From Macrostomum lignano (taxonomy: Eukaryota): a DNA stretch of 64,000 bases. The stretch spans positions 671,090-735,089 of the forward strand of contig NIVC01000268.1 in assembly GCA_002269645.1 (NCBI GenBank), written 5' to 3'. Positions 12,841 through 28,893 of the stretch are shown one piece after another. Each line of letters opens with the position of its first letter. Position 1 is the first letter of the stretch. Position numbers and translations under genes: made by a program. The notes beneath the pieces are model-generated. The model had not been told where the DNA came from and made no database searches. It worked only from the letters and a program-made list of their open reading frames with translations.

Positions 12841-13660
12841 GAAGTATTTGTTGACTTTTTGGAAGTTATTCTTTAAGTTCAGGAAGTAAGACGACCGGAC
12901 TATTTTTTACTAACAGTAATAGATCAAAACTGTTTTATTACTAAAGCCTATATTGCTCATATTTTAGTTTCTGAACACACTAAAGAAATATCTATCATTA
13001 CGTAATCATAAATTAGTTGTTTACAGCTTCATCTGGATTTAGCTGCAAGCAAAAATCTTATCCTATATGCATTTAAAGCTGCGCATTTTAGGAAAATTGT
13101 TTGCTTCTGTTTTCTAGAGGAACTGCATCTAGGGTGCGTGGAAAAATATAATTATGATTGCTCAAACGCAACGGAGTCTTGAAAGATTTATTTAATCATA
13201 GGCTGGCAAACCAGCTGCACTGAGACTCGTTTTGATGGAGGGAAATTTTCCCGCGATTAGTTTGTATAAGCGACAGCTTCTCAGTTTTTTCTGAAGGTGA
13301 CTTGTCTCCTTCTTTTCGCTTCATGCTGGTAGAGGACGAGGTCCGTGAGCTGGGGCTCAAACCCGGCATTGTGTGCTGGATTGACTTCATGATTCGGAAC
13401 ACAACTGAGTGACTTCCAGCGTCATGGCTCGCAAAGGCGTATTCAGCACACCAGTGAAAGATGAGACAGGCTAGGACTATTGGCTACGGTCTGCGATGCT
13501 TCACACCTGCCCCTATCTTCAGCTGCCCGGAGGTCTGCATCATCTATTTGCCTCTGGCAGCCGCAGACCCCCCCCCATGTTGTCTCGCAAATCGACTCAA
13601 TGCACCCGTCCCCGCGTGTGTTCAAGGCAGACCCTAGGGCTGCTGGACAGACTGCAGGCT
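12840..13660 (+). repeat. Duplicated block, near-identical to ~19095-19913; ends in a LOA-like 5' UTR fragment (~13430-13660)
   Basis: Same sequence and the same 68-aa minus-strand ORF at 13196 and 19450; the 3' part aligns with 56275-56510. Confidence 0.92.
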
Positions 13661-14087
13661 GATCGCAACTTTACGAGTTCGTAACTTTGCGCAAAAGGCT
13701 GTTTCTCGAAACGTTCGTATGTCTATGGTCTTTCGTAAGGTTGATCTTAACCCTATGACTGCTCGGTATCAGTCGTAAGACGCACTTGAGCACTAATCGC
13801 ATAGTGCGTGAAGCTTTAGTCAAGCCAAGTCAAGTTAAACTTTATCGAAGGTGGGTCTTTCTCGAAAGCAACTTACGATAGACTAAGTAAAGATATTTGC
13901 AGATTTATGACCATAGACATGCAACTTTTCGTTTCAGATACGACTTACGAACAGCGTAAGCCACGCGAAGTCTAAGTGAGTTTTGAGAAAGCGTCTTACG
14001 AGCAAACTTACGCTACACGTAAATTTCTTTCTTACGATCTAACTTACCATAGAAGTTACGTGAGTTTCGAGAAAGACCCCCCACCAG
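13661..14087 (+). repeat. Second copy of 11369-11795 (foldback spacer plus right arm)
   Basis: Near-identical sequence with a handful of substitutions. Confidence 0.92.
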
Positions 14088-15938
14088 ATTATAGGAAAGT
14101 TATAGAGATGATTCTAGGAAAGGTATAGAGACGATTCTAGGAAATTTATAGAGACGATTCTAGGAAAGGTATAGAGACGATTCTAGGAAAGGTATAGAGA
14201 CGATTCTAGGAAAGGTATAGAGACGATTCTAGGAAAGGTATAGAGACGATTCTAGGAAAGGTATAGAGACGATTCTAGGAAAGGTATAGAGACGATTCTA
14301 GGAAAGTTATAGAGACGATTCTAGAAAAGGTATAAAGACGATTCTAGGAAAGGTATAGAGACGATTCTAGGAAAGTTATAGAGACGATTCTAGAAAAGGT
14401 ATAGATACGATTCTAGGAAAGTTATAGAGACGATTCTAGGAAATTTATAGAGACGATTCTAGGAATGGTATAGAGACGATTCTAGGAAAGGTATAGAGAC
14501 GATTCTAGGAAAGGTATAGAGACGATTCTAGGAAAGGTATAGAGACGATTCTAGGAAAGGTATAGAGACGATTCTAGGAAAGGTATAGAGACGATTCTAG
14601 GAAAGGTATAGAAACGATTCTAGGAAAGGTATAGAGACGATTCTAGGAAAGGTATAGAGACGATTCTAGGAAAGGTATAGAGACGATTCTAGGAAAGGTA
14701 TAGAGACGATTCTAGGAAAGGTATAGAGACGATTCTAGGAAAGGTATAGAGACGATTCTAGGAAATTTATAGAGACGATTCTAGGAAAGGTATAGAGACG
14801 ATTCTAGGAAAGGTATAGAGACGATTCTAGGAAAAGTATAGAGACGATTCTAGGAAAGGTATAGAGACGATTCTAGGAAAGGTATAGAGACGATTCTAGG
14901 AAAGGTATAGAGACGATTCTAGGAAAGGTATAGAAACGATTCTAGGAAAGGTATAGAGACGATTCTAGGAAAGGTATAGAGACGATTCTAGGAAAGGTAT
15001 AGAGACGATTCTAGGAAAGGTATAGAGACGATTCTAGGAAATTTATAGAGACGATTCTAGGAAAGGTATAGAGACGATTCTAGGAAAGGTATAGAGACGA
15101 TTCTAGGAAAGGTATAGAGACGATTCTAGGAAAGGTATAGAGACGATTCTAGGAAAGGTATAGAGACGATTCTAGGAAAGGTATAGAGACGATTCTACGA
15201 AAGGTATAGAGACGATTCTAGGAAAGGTATAGAGACGATTCTAGGAAATTTATAGAGACGATTCTAGGAAAGGTATAGAGACGATTCTAGGAAAGGTATA
15301 GAGACGATTCTAGGAAAGGTATAGAGACGATTCTAGGAAAGGTATAGAGACGATTCTAGGAAAGGTATAGAGACGATTCTAGGAAAGGTATAGAGACGAT
15401 TCTAGGAAAGGTATAGAGACGATTCTAGGAAAGGTATAGAGACGATTCTAGGAAAGGTATAGAGACGATTCTACGAAAGGTATAGAGACGATTCTAGGAA
15501 AGGTATAGAGACGATTCTAGGAAATTTATAGAGACGATTCTAGGAAAGGTATAGAGACGATTCTAGGAAAGGTATAGAGACGATTCTAGGAAAGGTATAG
15601 AGACGATTCTAGGAAAGGTATAGAGACGATTCTAGGAAAGGTATAGAGACGATTCTAGGAAAGGTATAGAGACGATTCTACGAAAGGTATAGAGACGATT
15701 CTAGGAAAGGTATAGAGACGATTCTAGGAAATTTATAGAGACGATTCTAGGAAAGGTATAGAGACGATTCTAGGAAAGGTATAGAGACGATTCTAGGAAA
15801 GGTATAGAGACGATTCTAGGAAAGGTATAGAGACGATTCTAGGAAATTTATAGAGACGATTCTAGGAAAGGTATAGAGACGATTCTAGGAAAGGTATAGA
15901 GACGATTCTAGGAAATTTATAGAGACGATTCTAGGAAA
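14088..15938. repeat. 23-bp minisatellite, same unit as 11795-12840
   Basis: Visible tandem units. Confidence 0.97.
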
Positions 15939-16759
15939 GATAGATGTGAATACAATTCCAGAAAAATTAGCATATATTTCATAAGTGCTTTAAGTAAGAA
16001 TATTTGCAAATTGATTTTTTATGGCTCTTATCTCTGCCACGAGTGTACCGCACTGGATTTCCGGTAGCTAAAAAGAGCTGCAGCATAAAAGCACAAATAA
16101 AACGAACCGATTAGAAAAACTAAAGATCTGAGCCATTACGTTCTTTTTGGGCCCAACAAGAGAGCAGAGACAGCATCCTAACTTAACAGTCACAGACTGA
16201 AGCAATTTTTGGAGGGTCGCAAAATTTGTTTACGGCTCGGAGAGTCTTCGCGACCAGTTTCTAATTGTTTGGTCTCCACAGCAAGAAAATCTTGCGAAAA
16301 TTGCTGTCCGAGAAAGTAAACGGTCTGACCTGGACGAGTGTCACTGCGGTCGCTGCGGCGGGTGAGGCTGTATGTACAAAACGGTGAGATGGACGCGAAC
16401 GTCCCGTGTTTTTCACAGCCTACAAGCCAGTCTCCCTCAACGGCACTGGAAAGATCAAAGGAACAAAAACTTACAAGCACACCAAGCAGGAAAGAGGGGG
16501 AAAAACAGCCACTTGCTTTTGCTGGGAAAAATCGGGCCGCACCAAGAGTGAAAACCGGCACAAAGCGCGCTTAAATAAGATAATTGCAGCAAGACAGCCA
16601 CCTGAAGACGGTAAGAAAGATCTCAAAACCCCAGCGCAGAACACAGCAGGTAAATTCAAGGACTCGACTCGTGCAGCAACAACTTGTAGTGAACAAAACA
16701 AAGGCTGGTTGATGAGCAGTAAAACCATTTTTCCCTGTTTCGCCAACATAGGATTCTCG

Positions 16760-17760
16760 ATTTGCATCAACGGAACCGCAGATGATGCGGTGGTTGACAC
16801 TCGAGCGGATGCTTCATCACTCATCTAACAACTAACATTATAGTGCCTGTCAATCATCCCCGAACTGGTCAAACAGAGCTGGAGAAGAACGTGGATGTCT
16901 ACTTCACAAAAGAGTCAACCAGAAGCAAGCGAATATATAATTTCTGGGATTGAAAATTACTGGAGAAGCAAGCTGCCCAAGCAGTTGAAAAGATGGACAT
17001 CAAAGCAGAAAGATGAGAAGTGGAGTTGGGACGTGGAGGAGCGGTCTACATTTAGCAAAAACAAAATCAAGACGATTTCCAAGTCAGAAGTGACCAAGTC
17101 GTTCGCCTCGGATGGGCGCAAGTTCACACTGTTGACTGACCACCATCCTTTTAAGTACATCCTTGATCCGGCAAAAATGCCTCAGAATCAGATCCCGGTG
17201 GTCGATGCTTTATCAAGGCTGCAGTCAGCATGCGCCGAGTCACAGCAGTTTGATGTAAGCTCTCTGCAACACATGATACTAGATTTTCCATTGAACGAAG
17301 GGGGATACTTCTATCAAAAGTAGGAGCTGCCTATCAAGGGTGCAATTCTGCTTTGAGGAATCAGAATTGTGGTCCCAATCTCGCGTGGTCAATTATCATA
17401 GCAAACTTGATGATGGACAGCTAAGATGATAAAATCTATAGCTCGACAGTGTGTTTGGTGGTCTTCGAATCGACTGGGACTTTGAACTCAAGGCCAAAGC
17501 ATGCAGTTCAGGTGACAACAGAAAAGTGAAACCGCGAGCACATTAACAGCAAATGTTTGGCATAACTGATGCCTACAACAAGTGGGTGGAGGTCCAACTG
17601 ATGAGCCCAATCAGCCACCGAGGACACGATTATTCAACTCCGTCGCACATTCGCACAGGAGGGATTGCCGCCTGTAATTGTCTCCAACAACACAGTATGA
17701 CATTATTGCTCAAATGGCACAGTAGAAAGATTCGTCCGGGATCTAGAAAATCTTCTTCGT
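16760..17760 (+). mobile_element. Highly decayed Gypsy pol remnant
   Basis: Protease-like VDTRADASSL, RNase H KFTLLTDHHPF, VVDALSRL, integrase TDAYNKWVEV and TIIQLRRTFAQEGLPPVIVSNN, with frameshifts and deletions. Confidence 0.75.
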
Positions 17761-17899
17761 ACAGCCCTGGATCAGAATTAAATTCAAGCTAGCACCGACA
17801 ACAATCATTTAATGCTCGTACCAATAAAAAATAATTGATCACACCTGCCGAATGGCCAGATGTGCAACCGACAGCTCAGCTGCAGCTATTACGTGGCGC

Positions 17900-18114
17900 A
17901 TCTCAAGGTTCAGTCCAAGGACTGGGAAGTCGCCACACCCAGCCTCAATTACCCCAGCTAATGCTGGCACCCATTTTACAGCTGTGTTAAATGAAGCAAT
18001 GCAGAGTTAGGTGTCTCGCTCAATTTACACAAAATGTTCCTCGTGAGTCGAGAATCGAACCCCTGACCTTTCAGTCGTGAACTTGACACTCTTAACCACA
18101 AGGCTACAGCCCCC
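17900..18114 (-). mobile_element. tRNA-derived SINE with a Nin/Deu-like central domain
   Basis: Minus strand: GGGGGCTGTAGCCTTGTGGTTAAGAG (A box) ... GGTTCGATTC (B box), poor cloverleaf, then TTGAGCGAGACACCTAAC...TGTAAAATGGGTGCC resembling the Nin/Deu core. The 3' boundary is approximate. Confidence 0.6.
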
Positions 18115-18477
18115 ATCATTCAGCAACTGGGATGTCGCCAGAGAAGTTAGACAGAGAATTCATGAGGAAGCACCTCGGACAGACAAAACACGCGAATCTC
18201 AAAAAAGGCAGTTGCGGTGAGAGATGGCGAGATGGAGCAGAAAGAGCTGTTGCTGGAATCTGAATTGCAGCAGATCAAGGAGACTAAAAAACCTACAGAT
18301 GGCCTGAGCGCTGGACAGACTCAATTCTAAGTGGCTTGGGAAACCAGCGCGTTCTCTCACAGATAAGCCAAATGACACACGGGATTTCATTTTGAATACG
18401 AAGACTTATACTCGTACTTTTGCTTAAAATAGTAACACTTGTAAATTGTGTTCTCTACCGCATTTATTCAACGCCTC

Positions 18478-19095
18478 TAGGAGAGATTCTAGGAAATATG
18501 TAGAGAAGATTCTAGGAAGAATGTAGAGAAGAATCTAGGAAATATGTAGAGACGATTCTAGGAAGAATGTAGAGAAGAATCTAGGAAATATGTAGAGACG
18601 ATTCTAGGAAGAATGTAGAGAAGAATCTAGGAAGGATGTAGAGAAGATTCTAGAAAGGATGTAGAGAAGATTCTAGAAAGGATGTAGAGAAGAATCAAGG
18701 AAAGATGTAGAAACGATTCTAGAAAGGATGTAGAGACGATTCTAGAAAGGATGTAGAGAAGATTCTAGGAAGAATGTAGAGAAGAATCAAGGAAAGATGT
18801 AGAGACGATTCTTGGAAAGATGTAGAGACGATTCTAGGAAGAATGTAGAGAAGATTCTAGAAAGGATGTAGAAAAGAATCTAGGAAGGGTGTAGAGAAGA
18901 TTCTAGGAAGGATGTAGAGAAGATTCTAGAAAGGATGTAGAGAAGATTCTAGAAAGGATGTAGAGAAGAATCTAGAAAGGATGTAGAGACGATTCTAGGA
19001 AGGATGTAAGAGAAGATTCTAGAAAGGATGTAGAGAAGAATCTAGGAAGGGTGTAGAGAAGATTCTAGGAAGGATGTAAGAGAAGATTGTAGGAG
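18478..19095. repeat. Diverged relative of the 23-bp minisatellite (AGAGAAGATTCTAGGAAGGATGT)
   Basis: Visible tandem units sharing GATTCTAGGAA. Confidence 0.92.
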
Positions 19096-19683
19096 AAGCA
19101 TTTGTTGACTTTTTGGAAGTTATTCTTTAAGTTCAGGAAGTAAGACGACCGGACTATTTTTTACTAACAGTAATAGATCAAAACTGTTTTATTACTAAAG
19201 CCTATATTGCTCATATTTTAGTTTCTGAACACACTAAAGAAATATCTATCATTACGTAATCATAAATTAGTTGTTTACAGCTTCATCTGGATTTAGCTGC
19301 AAGCAAAAATCTTATCCTATATGCATTTAAAGCTGCGCATTTTAGGAAAATTGTTTGCTTCTGTTTTCTAGAGGAACTGCATCTAGGGTGCGTGGAAAAA
19401 TATAATTATGATTGCTCAAACGCAACGGAGTCTTGAAAGATTTATTTAATCATAGGCTGGCAAACCAGCTGCACTGAGACTCGTTTTGATGGAGGGAAAT
19501 TTTCCCGCGATTAGTTTGTATAAGCGACAGCTTCTCAGTTTTTTCTGAAGGTGACTTGTCTCCTTCTTTTCGCTTCATGCTGGTAGAGGACGAGGTCCGT
19601 GAGCTGGGGCTCAAACCCGGCATTGTGTGCTGGATTGACTTCATGATTCGGAACACAACTGAGTGACTTCCAGCGTCATGGCT

Positions 19684-19915
19684 CGCAAAGGCGTATTCAG
19701 CACACCAGTGAAAGATGAGACAGGCTAGGACTATTGGCTACGGTCTGCGATGCTTCACACCTGCCCCTATCTTCAGCTGCCCGGAGGTCTGCATCATCTA
19801 TTTGCCTCTGGCAGCCGCAGACCCCCCCCATGTTGTCTCGCAAATCGACTCAATGCACCCGTCCCCGCGTGTGTTCAAGGCAGACCCTAGGGCTGCTGGA
19901 CAGACTGCAGGCTCC
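19684..19915 (+). mobile_element. LOA-like LINE 5' UTR, interrupted by a Gypsy LTR
   Basis: Aligns with 56275-56515; the LTR begins immediately after GCAGGCTCC. Confidence 0.85.
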
Positions 19916-20090
19916 TGTCAGTGATGCACTTGTAACTAAAATTTATTGTACGCACATCTGCGCCCCAGCCGCCCCGTCCCCCAATCATGTACGTTGCTAT
20001 CGATTTCTCAGCCCCCCTCGCCCCTCTATATAATATGCTTTTTGGCACTCTTGAATAATACACGTATCTCTCGGTTGCGCGTTCATTACA
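19916..20090 (+). mobile_element. Gypsy 5' LTR (175 bp), followed by a PBS-like TGGCGTCG
   Basis: TG...CA termini, TATATAA box, AATAAT; TGG-initiated PBS at 20091 just before gag. Confidence 0.75.
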
Positions 20091-20119
20091 TGGCGTCGCA
20101 AGCTAGCTAGACTCAGAGC

Positions 20120-21240
20120 ATGGACCTGAAGCCACCCGAAGAGTTGGAGACGGACTCCAACGAGTCTTGGAAACGCTGGCGACAGAGATTTTTGATATAC
20201 CTTAAGGCAACTGGAATTGTTGGCGAAGAGCGTCGAATAAATTTGTTTTTGCACCTGATCGGTGACAATGGCCTTGACATTTATAACACCCTGGAGACAG
20301 AAATAGAAGAGGAAACAGCGGAGGGTGCAACGGCAAGGCGACCAATAGCTTTTGACGAGTTGCTGGAGCTATTCGATGAGCACTTCAGTCCGCGTACAAG
20401 CGAAGTCTTCGAGCGTTTAAGTTCTGGGAACGCGACCAGAAGGAGTCTGAGCCAGTCGACCTGTTTGTGACTGATTTGAAACGTCTGGCTGGAACGTGCA
20501 ATTTCGAAACACAAAAAGAGAAAATGATTCGAGACAAGATTGTCCTGGGGTGCAACGACTCACGAATGCGAGAGCGGCTACTTCGAGAACCGGACTTGGA
20601 CCTGAGAACGGCAATTGACATGTGCAGAGCTGCAGAGTCCGCGCGACATCAGCTAAAGGAAGTCGAGAAAGGCCTAAACGTCGTAAGGTTGTCACCGGCT
20701 CCGGCAGCGCCTCGGCAGCAACAAATCCGCAACTCAGGGCGCCCAGTGTCGAGTACAGCGGCCCAGTCGACGGCGCAGGGCCAACCTGGCCAAAGTTCGA
20801 ACCCGAGTCAACTTTAGGGACGCCTTCCTGGAGAAAGTCGCTGTCACAACTGCGGTTACAGTCATCGTGATGGCAAGTGTCCGGCTTTCGGTAAGCGGTG
20901 TCTGTCCTGTGGCCGTCTGAACCACTTTCGCAGTCAATGTCGAAGCAACAATAACCGGAGGGTTATGACTGTAACAGCAGCTGAAGGTGAGGATGCCAGT
21001 GCTGGTGAAGAGGTGTATTTTATCGGAACGCTGCAGACTGATAATGGTTCCAGTTGGTTAGCAAAAGTTCAGCTTCCAGATGGTAAAAAGCTGCAATGCA
21101 AGCTAGACACCGGAGCAGAGGTGAGCGTGTTGCCAGCAGATTATTTCCCAGTCGGTGAGCAGTTGCTAAAAACTCACACTGTGCTGACGGCTTTTGGAGG
21201 AGCTCGCATTCCTGTCGTTGGAAAGTGTCGTTTGAAGGTC
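20120..21240 (+). mobile_element. Gypsy (Mag-like) gag-protease, truncated; one 1-nt frameshift (~20417) and one in-frame TAG (20815-20817)
   Basis: SWKRWRQRF..YLKATG, MIRDKIVLG...LLRE, Cys/His zinc-knuckle region CHNCGYSH...C and CLSCGRLNHFRSQC, protease KLDTGAEVSVL. Confidence 0.9.
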
Positions 21241-22082
21241 CCCTCAAGGGATGCTGTCACTGACCACAGGAATTTCCTGGAGGTTCAATGCTACACGGAC
21301 GGATCCATCAAAGACGGCCACGCTGGCTTTGGGGTCTGCATCATCATCAACGGCCGCGTCATTGCCACGCATGCCCAGCACTCTCCGGCAGACTCTCCAC
21401 GGTCTTCCAGAACGAAGTCCTTGCTATCAGCTCCTGTCAGTCTGAAGTGGATCCCAGGGCACGCAGGGTTTCCAGGGAACGAGCTGGCAGACACCCTCGC
21501 CAAGAGGGGCGGCTCTGGCTCTTTCTCTGACCCTGTTCCCCTCGTCCCTATCCCTTCGACGGTCATCAATCGTCAGATCGATGACTGGGCTGACTCCCTC
21601 CACAGGGACAGATGGGCGGGCACCCAAAACTGCCGGAAATTTTGTGCCGCGGTTCCGTACCCCTCTCGCAGGCTCAGAAACGTCCTTCTGAACCAAAAAT
21701 CGGAAGGATATTTGAGCCCTTGTCATGGCCTTTACCGGTCATGGCTACCTCGCCAGGCACTAATTCCTCCGAGGCGACCTCGAGAGTGAACTCTGCCCTT
21801 TTTGCGAGCACGACAATGAAGATGCTCAGCACTTTGTTTGTCACTGCCATTTCTTTACCAGAGACCGGCTACGCTACCTCGGGCCAAACCCGTCCATTGA
21901 CGAGGTCTGTTAGCCCATGCGGCTCATCCAGTTCCTTCGGACTGCAGGACGGACCGGCGGACCGCCCTGACTGGCCCCACGCCTCTGCCTGTCTGCGGGC
22001 CTTCAGGGGCTAGTGGAATGGGCCACCCTCGCCTCCCTGCTGTGTCTACGGACCACCCTGCAGCTAAGTCAAGTCAGTCAAA
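21241..22082 (+). mobile_element. 3' part of a LOA-like LINE (RNase H, CCHC, 3' UTR, AAGTC tail)
   Basis: CYTDGS, KWIPGHAGFPGNELADTLAK, CPFCE..EDAQHFVC and tail CTGCAGCTAAGTCAAGTCAGTCAA, all homologous to 61130-62172. Confidence 0.9.
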
Positions 22083-22085
22083 AGG

Positions 22086-22920
22086 GCTGCTGCTTCTTCT
22101 TCTTATTCCAGACGCGGCCGGTCCGGTGATGCCGATAGGGCCGGGGGCTAGATGCGCCCCATCCTGCGTAGCAGTTCGAGAAGGGCCGCCGGGTTCCCCA
22201 TCAGGTCCTCGGTCGGCGTGCCGCTGTGAGCTCTCCATGCGTCCCCGCGTGGGCATTGGTAGATCAGATGTTCGACGGTGTCCTCCATGCCGCAGTCGGG
22301 GCAGAGGGGGGACGTGTCGAGCCCCATACGATGGCGGGTGCTGCCGTTGATCACGCTGGCCCCCGCTCGGAGCTGGTTGATGAGCACCTGCACACGTCTC
22401 GTCAGGTCCTTCGGCGGGGGCCAGGCCGGGCCCATGACTGCGGCGTCGAGAGCTCGCCTACTACGGCGGATGGCCGCCTTGGCAGCGCTAAGTTGGATGG
22501 GCGTCCGGTTTTGGTCCAGGCCGGCCGCGCGGTTGGCCGCCTGGTCCGCTGCTTCGTTGCCGGACACATCGCAGTGGGCCGGCACCCAGCTGAATTTGAC
22601 TCTGGTACGTGCCGCGCCTTTGGAGGTCGAGTTGGTGGTCCCAGCATTCAGCGGCGGTGCTGTCGGTCTGGCTGAGCGGGCCGGCGCTCAGGGCTGTGAT
22701 GGCACTAAGCCTGTCAGTCGCTATTGTCAGTTCGGGGCGGTGGGCTTTCAGGGCCAGGCTCAGTGCTTCTCGGGTAGCAGTAAGCTCGGCTGTGAAGCTG
22801 CTGCAGTGGGCACCGGCCGCGGAAAGGTGTTCGACTGCGGCCGGTTCCCATTGGGCAATGGTTGCCCCGCCTCCGTAGCCACAACCATCCTTGACCGAGC
22901 CGTCCGTCCAAATAACCGCC
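22086..22920 (-). mobile_element. 5'-truncated I/ingi-like LINE (RNase H plus C-terminal CCHC; (AAG)n(CAG)n tail)
   Basis: IWTDGSVKDG, AGAHCSSFTAELTA, PAHCDVSGNEAAD, QLRAG, CPDCGMEDTVEHLIYQC; clade assignment is tentative. Confidence 0.8.
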
Positions 22921-24290
22921 TGTTGCTAACCACCCGTCCACCAAGAGACACCTGTGTCATCCAAGCCGAAGACATACTACCTGGGAGGACTACCCTCATC
23001 GCCTCGGTTTACCTACCGGGCGAGTGACGGTGAGATGTTCCCGGAAGAGCTTGTCTCATCGGTAGAGCTTTGCTCCACCAGGAATTATGAGCTGCTTGGG
23101 CAGATGACATCAACGCCCACCACACCCACTGGGGCAGTTCCGGTATAAACCAAAGAGGCGAAGACTTCCTGGCCTTGAGTTCTGCAACTCGGGCAGTACC
23201 CCCTACCTTTAACAACGGACGCCGATCGGATGTGTTGGATTCCACCCTTGCCACGCCCTACAGGCTTTTCCAGAGCACTAAGAAGTGGCGGCTGTTTCCT
23301 GAAGCGTCCCTATCTGATCACAAGTTCATCTTTTCAAGCTGGCCAGCACCCGGAACGCAGGTCGGCTGTACTGGAAACGAATGTTACAAATACCAACTGG
23401 ACCACTTTCAGGTTTGTCTTGGAGATGACCTATCGTAGCACTAGCATTCCAGTCTCCATCAACACCTGCGAGAAAGCAGTTGACTTTGCAATCGTTCTCA
23501 CGGACTCGCTCACTGCTGCCTTCGAAGCTCGCTAAAGGCGTATAAAGGCAAACAGTCGGCCCCATGGCGGAACCCGCACCTTGGCGACCTCCGTCGCAGA
23601 GCCAAAAGGTTCCACCGCAGGGCCCGAAAAACTGAAAACCCGGCAAAATGTCTACCTGAACTCAATCCACGAGTTCAAGAGGCAGGTCAGGAACGTCAAA
23701 ACTAAAAAGTGGCGCAAATACTGTGAGGAACTCGAGGGCTCCCGCCCCACCTCCAGGATCGTTAAAGCGCTTAGGCTGGACAAGCCGCTCAGTGAAAACC
23801 AGCACGCCTTTCCGGCAGGCAGGTCCACGGAGAGCGCGCTACAAGTCTTGGTCGACGTGCTGAAGAAAGCTGTTGTGAGCAACGGTCAAGGCTCTTGCTG
23901 CCTACCTTGACACTGCTGGAGCCTTCGATAATGTTCTCTTCGAGACCGTTGACAGAGCTCTACGTGCTAGAGGAACCCACTCGCACTTTACCCGATGGAT
24001 CATGTATATGATAAGCCACCGTACTGCCACTGCGCACCTGCTGGGCCAGCAACGGACGGTAACCGTCTGCAAAGGCAGCCCCCAATGTGGTGTTCTCTCT
24101 CCAGTTCTCTGGAACATGGTCATCGATGAGCTCCTTCAGGACAGCCATCTTGACCCCATCCTTAAGGTCGGTTACGCTGACGATGTCACAGTCGTGGCAT
24201 CCGGGCCGTCACCCGAAACCCTCATAGACCTTTGTCAACACTTTATTCGCTCTGCTGAACAATTGGGCGACAGGTTGCCTAGATGAAGTT
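22921..24290 (+). mobile_element. Decayed LOA-like ORF2 fragment (APE to RT)
   Basis: INAHHTHWGS, EASLSDHKF, NQHAFPAGRSTESAL, KGSPQCGVLSPVLWN, KVGYADDV. Confidence 0.85.
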
Positions 24291-24419
24291 TATTTTTCTA
24301 GATTCAGAGATCAGACAAGAAAGCTATAAGTATTTTAAAATGTTTTTTTTGAGAACGTTGGCTATTTTGCAGTTAATAGGAATGTGAGACAACAATTGTT
24401 TTTAACAGCTAAGATAACA

Positions 24420-25135
24420 TAACAGGTGAGTGACGCATCTACATGTGTGTCTAACAGGTGAGTGACGCATCTACAGGTGTGTCTAACAGGTGAGTGACGC
24501 ATCTACAGGTGTGTCTAACAGGTGAGTGACGCATCCACAGGTGTGTCTAACAGGTAAATGACGCATCCACAGGTGTGTCTAACAGGTAAATGACGCATCC
24601 ACAGGTGTGTCTAACAGGTAAATGACGCATCCACAGGTGTGTCTAACAAATGAGTGACGCATCTACAGGTGTGTCTAACAGGTGAGTGACGCATCTACAT
24701 GTGTGTCTAACAGGTGAGTGACGCATCTACAGGTGTGTCTAACAGGTAAATGACGCATCCACAGGTGTGTCTAACAGGTGAGTGACGCATCCACAGGTGT
24801 GTCTAACAGGTAAATGACGCATCCACAGGTGTGTCTAACAGGTAAATGACGCATCCACAGGTGTGTCTAACAGGTGAGTGACGCATCCACAGGTGTGTCT
24901 AACAGGTGAGTGACGCATCCACAGGTGTGTCTAACAGGTAAATGACGCATCCACAGGTGTGTCTAATAGGTAAATGACGCATCCACAGGTGTGTCTAACA
25001 GGTAAATGACGCATCCACAGGTGTGTCAAACAGGTAAATGACGCATCCGCAGGTGTCTCTAACAGGTAAATGACGCATCCACAGGTGTGTCTAACAGGTG
25101 AGTGACGCATCTACAGGTGTGACTAACAGGTAAGT
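24420..25135. repeat. 32-bp minisatellite (AACAGGTGAGTGACGCATCTACAGGTGTGTCT)
   Basis: Visible tandem units; GTGAGT/GTAAAT variants. Confidence 0.96.
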
Positions 25136-25398
25136 CTAAAATATGTGCCTAACAGGTTTCAGCAGATCTGTATAGCTAATCGAACCCATTATGAATCGAA
25201 TTTTTTCACTTCAAATAGAAAAAATACCAAAGACCTTGTGAAAATAGTCAAAATATTTAAATGGCAATATTGAGTAGGCGCTGCATAAAATATCAAGTTG
25301 GAAAGCTTTTGTCAATTAGACGTGCTGTTTTCAATTATTAGGCTTTAGAATTCGTGATTATTCCGCGAAATTGCCGTTTGCAGGTGTTTTCTCATAGC

Positions 25399-28893
<3,495 letters not shown>

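Noticed and set aside
13196-13402. 68-aa ORF present twice (also 19450-19656)
   Set aside because: The repetition is explained by the segmental duplication; there is no recognisable motif or splice context.
18042-18114. Functional tRNA-Val(CAC)
   Set aside because: Acceptor and anticodon stems pair poorly and the sequence runs on into a SINE body.
22278-23027. 249-aa plus-strand ORF, and similar antisense ORFs over 7.7-9.9 kb and 57-62 kb
   Set aside because: These are shadow frames of GC-rich retroelement coding sequence.
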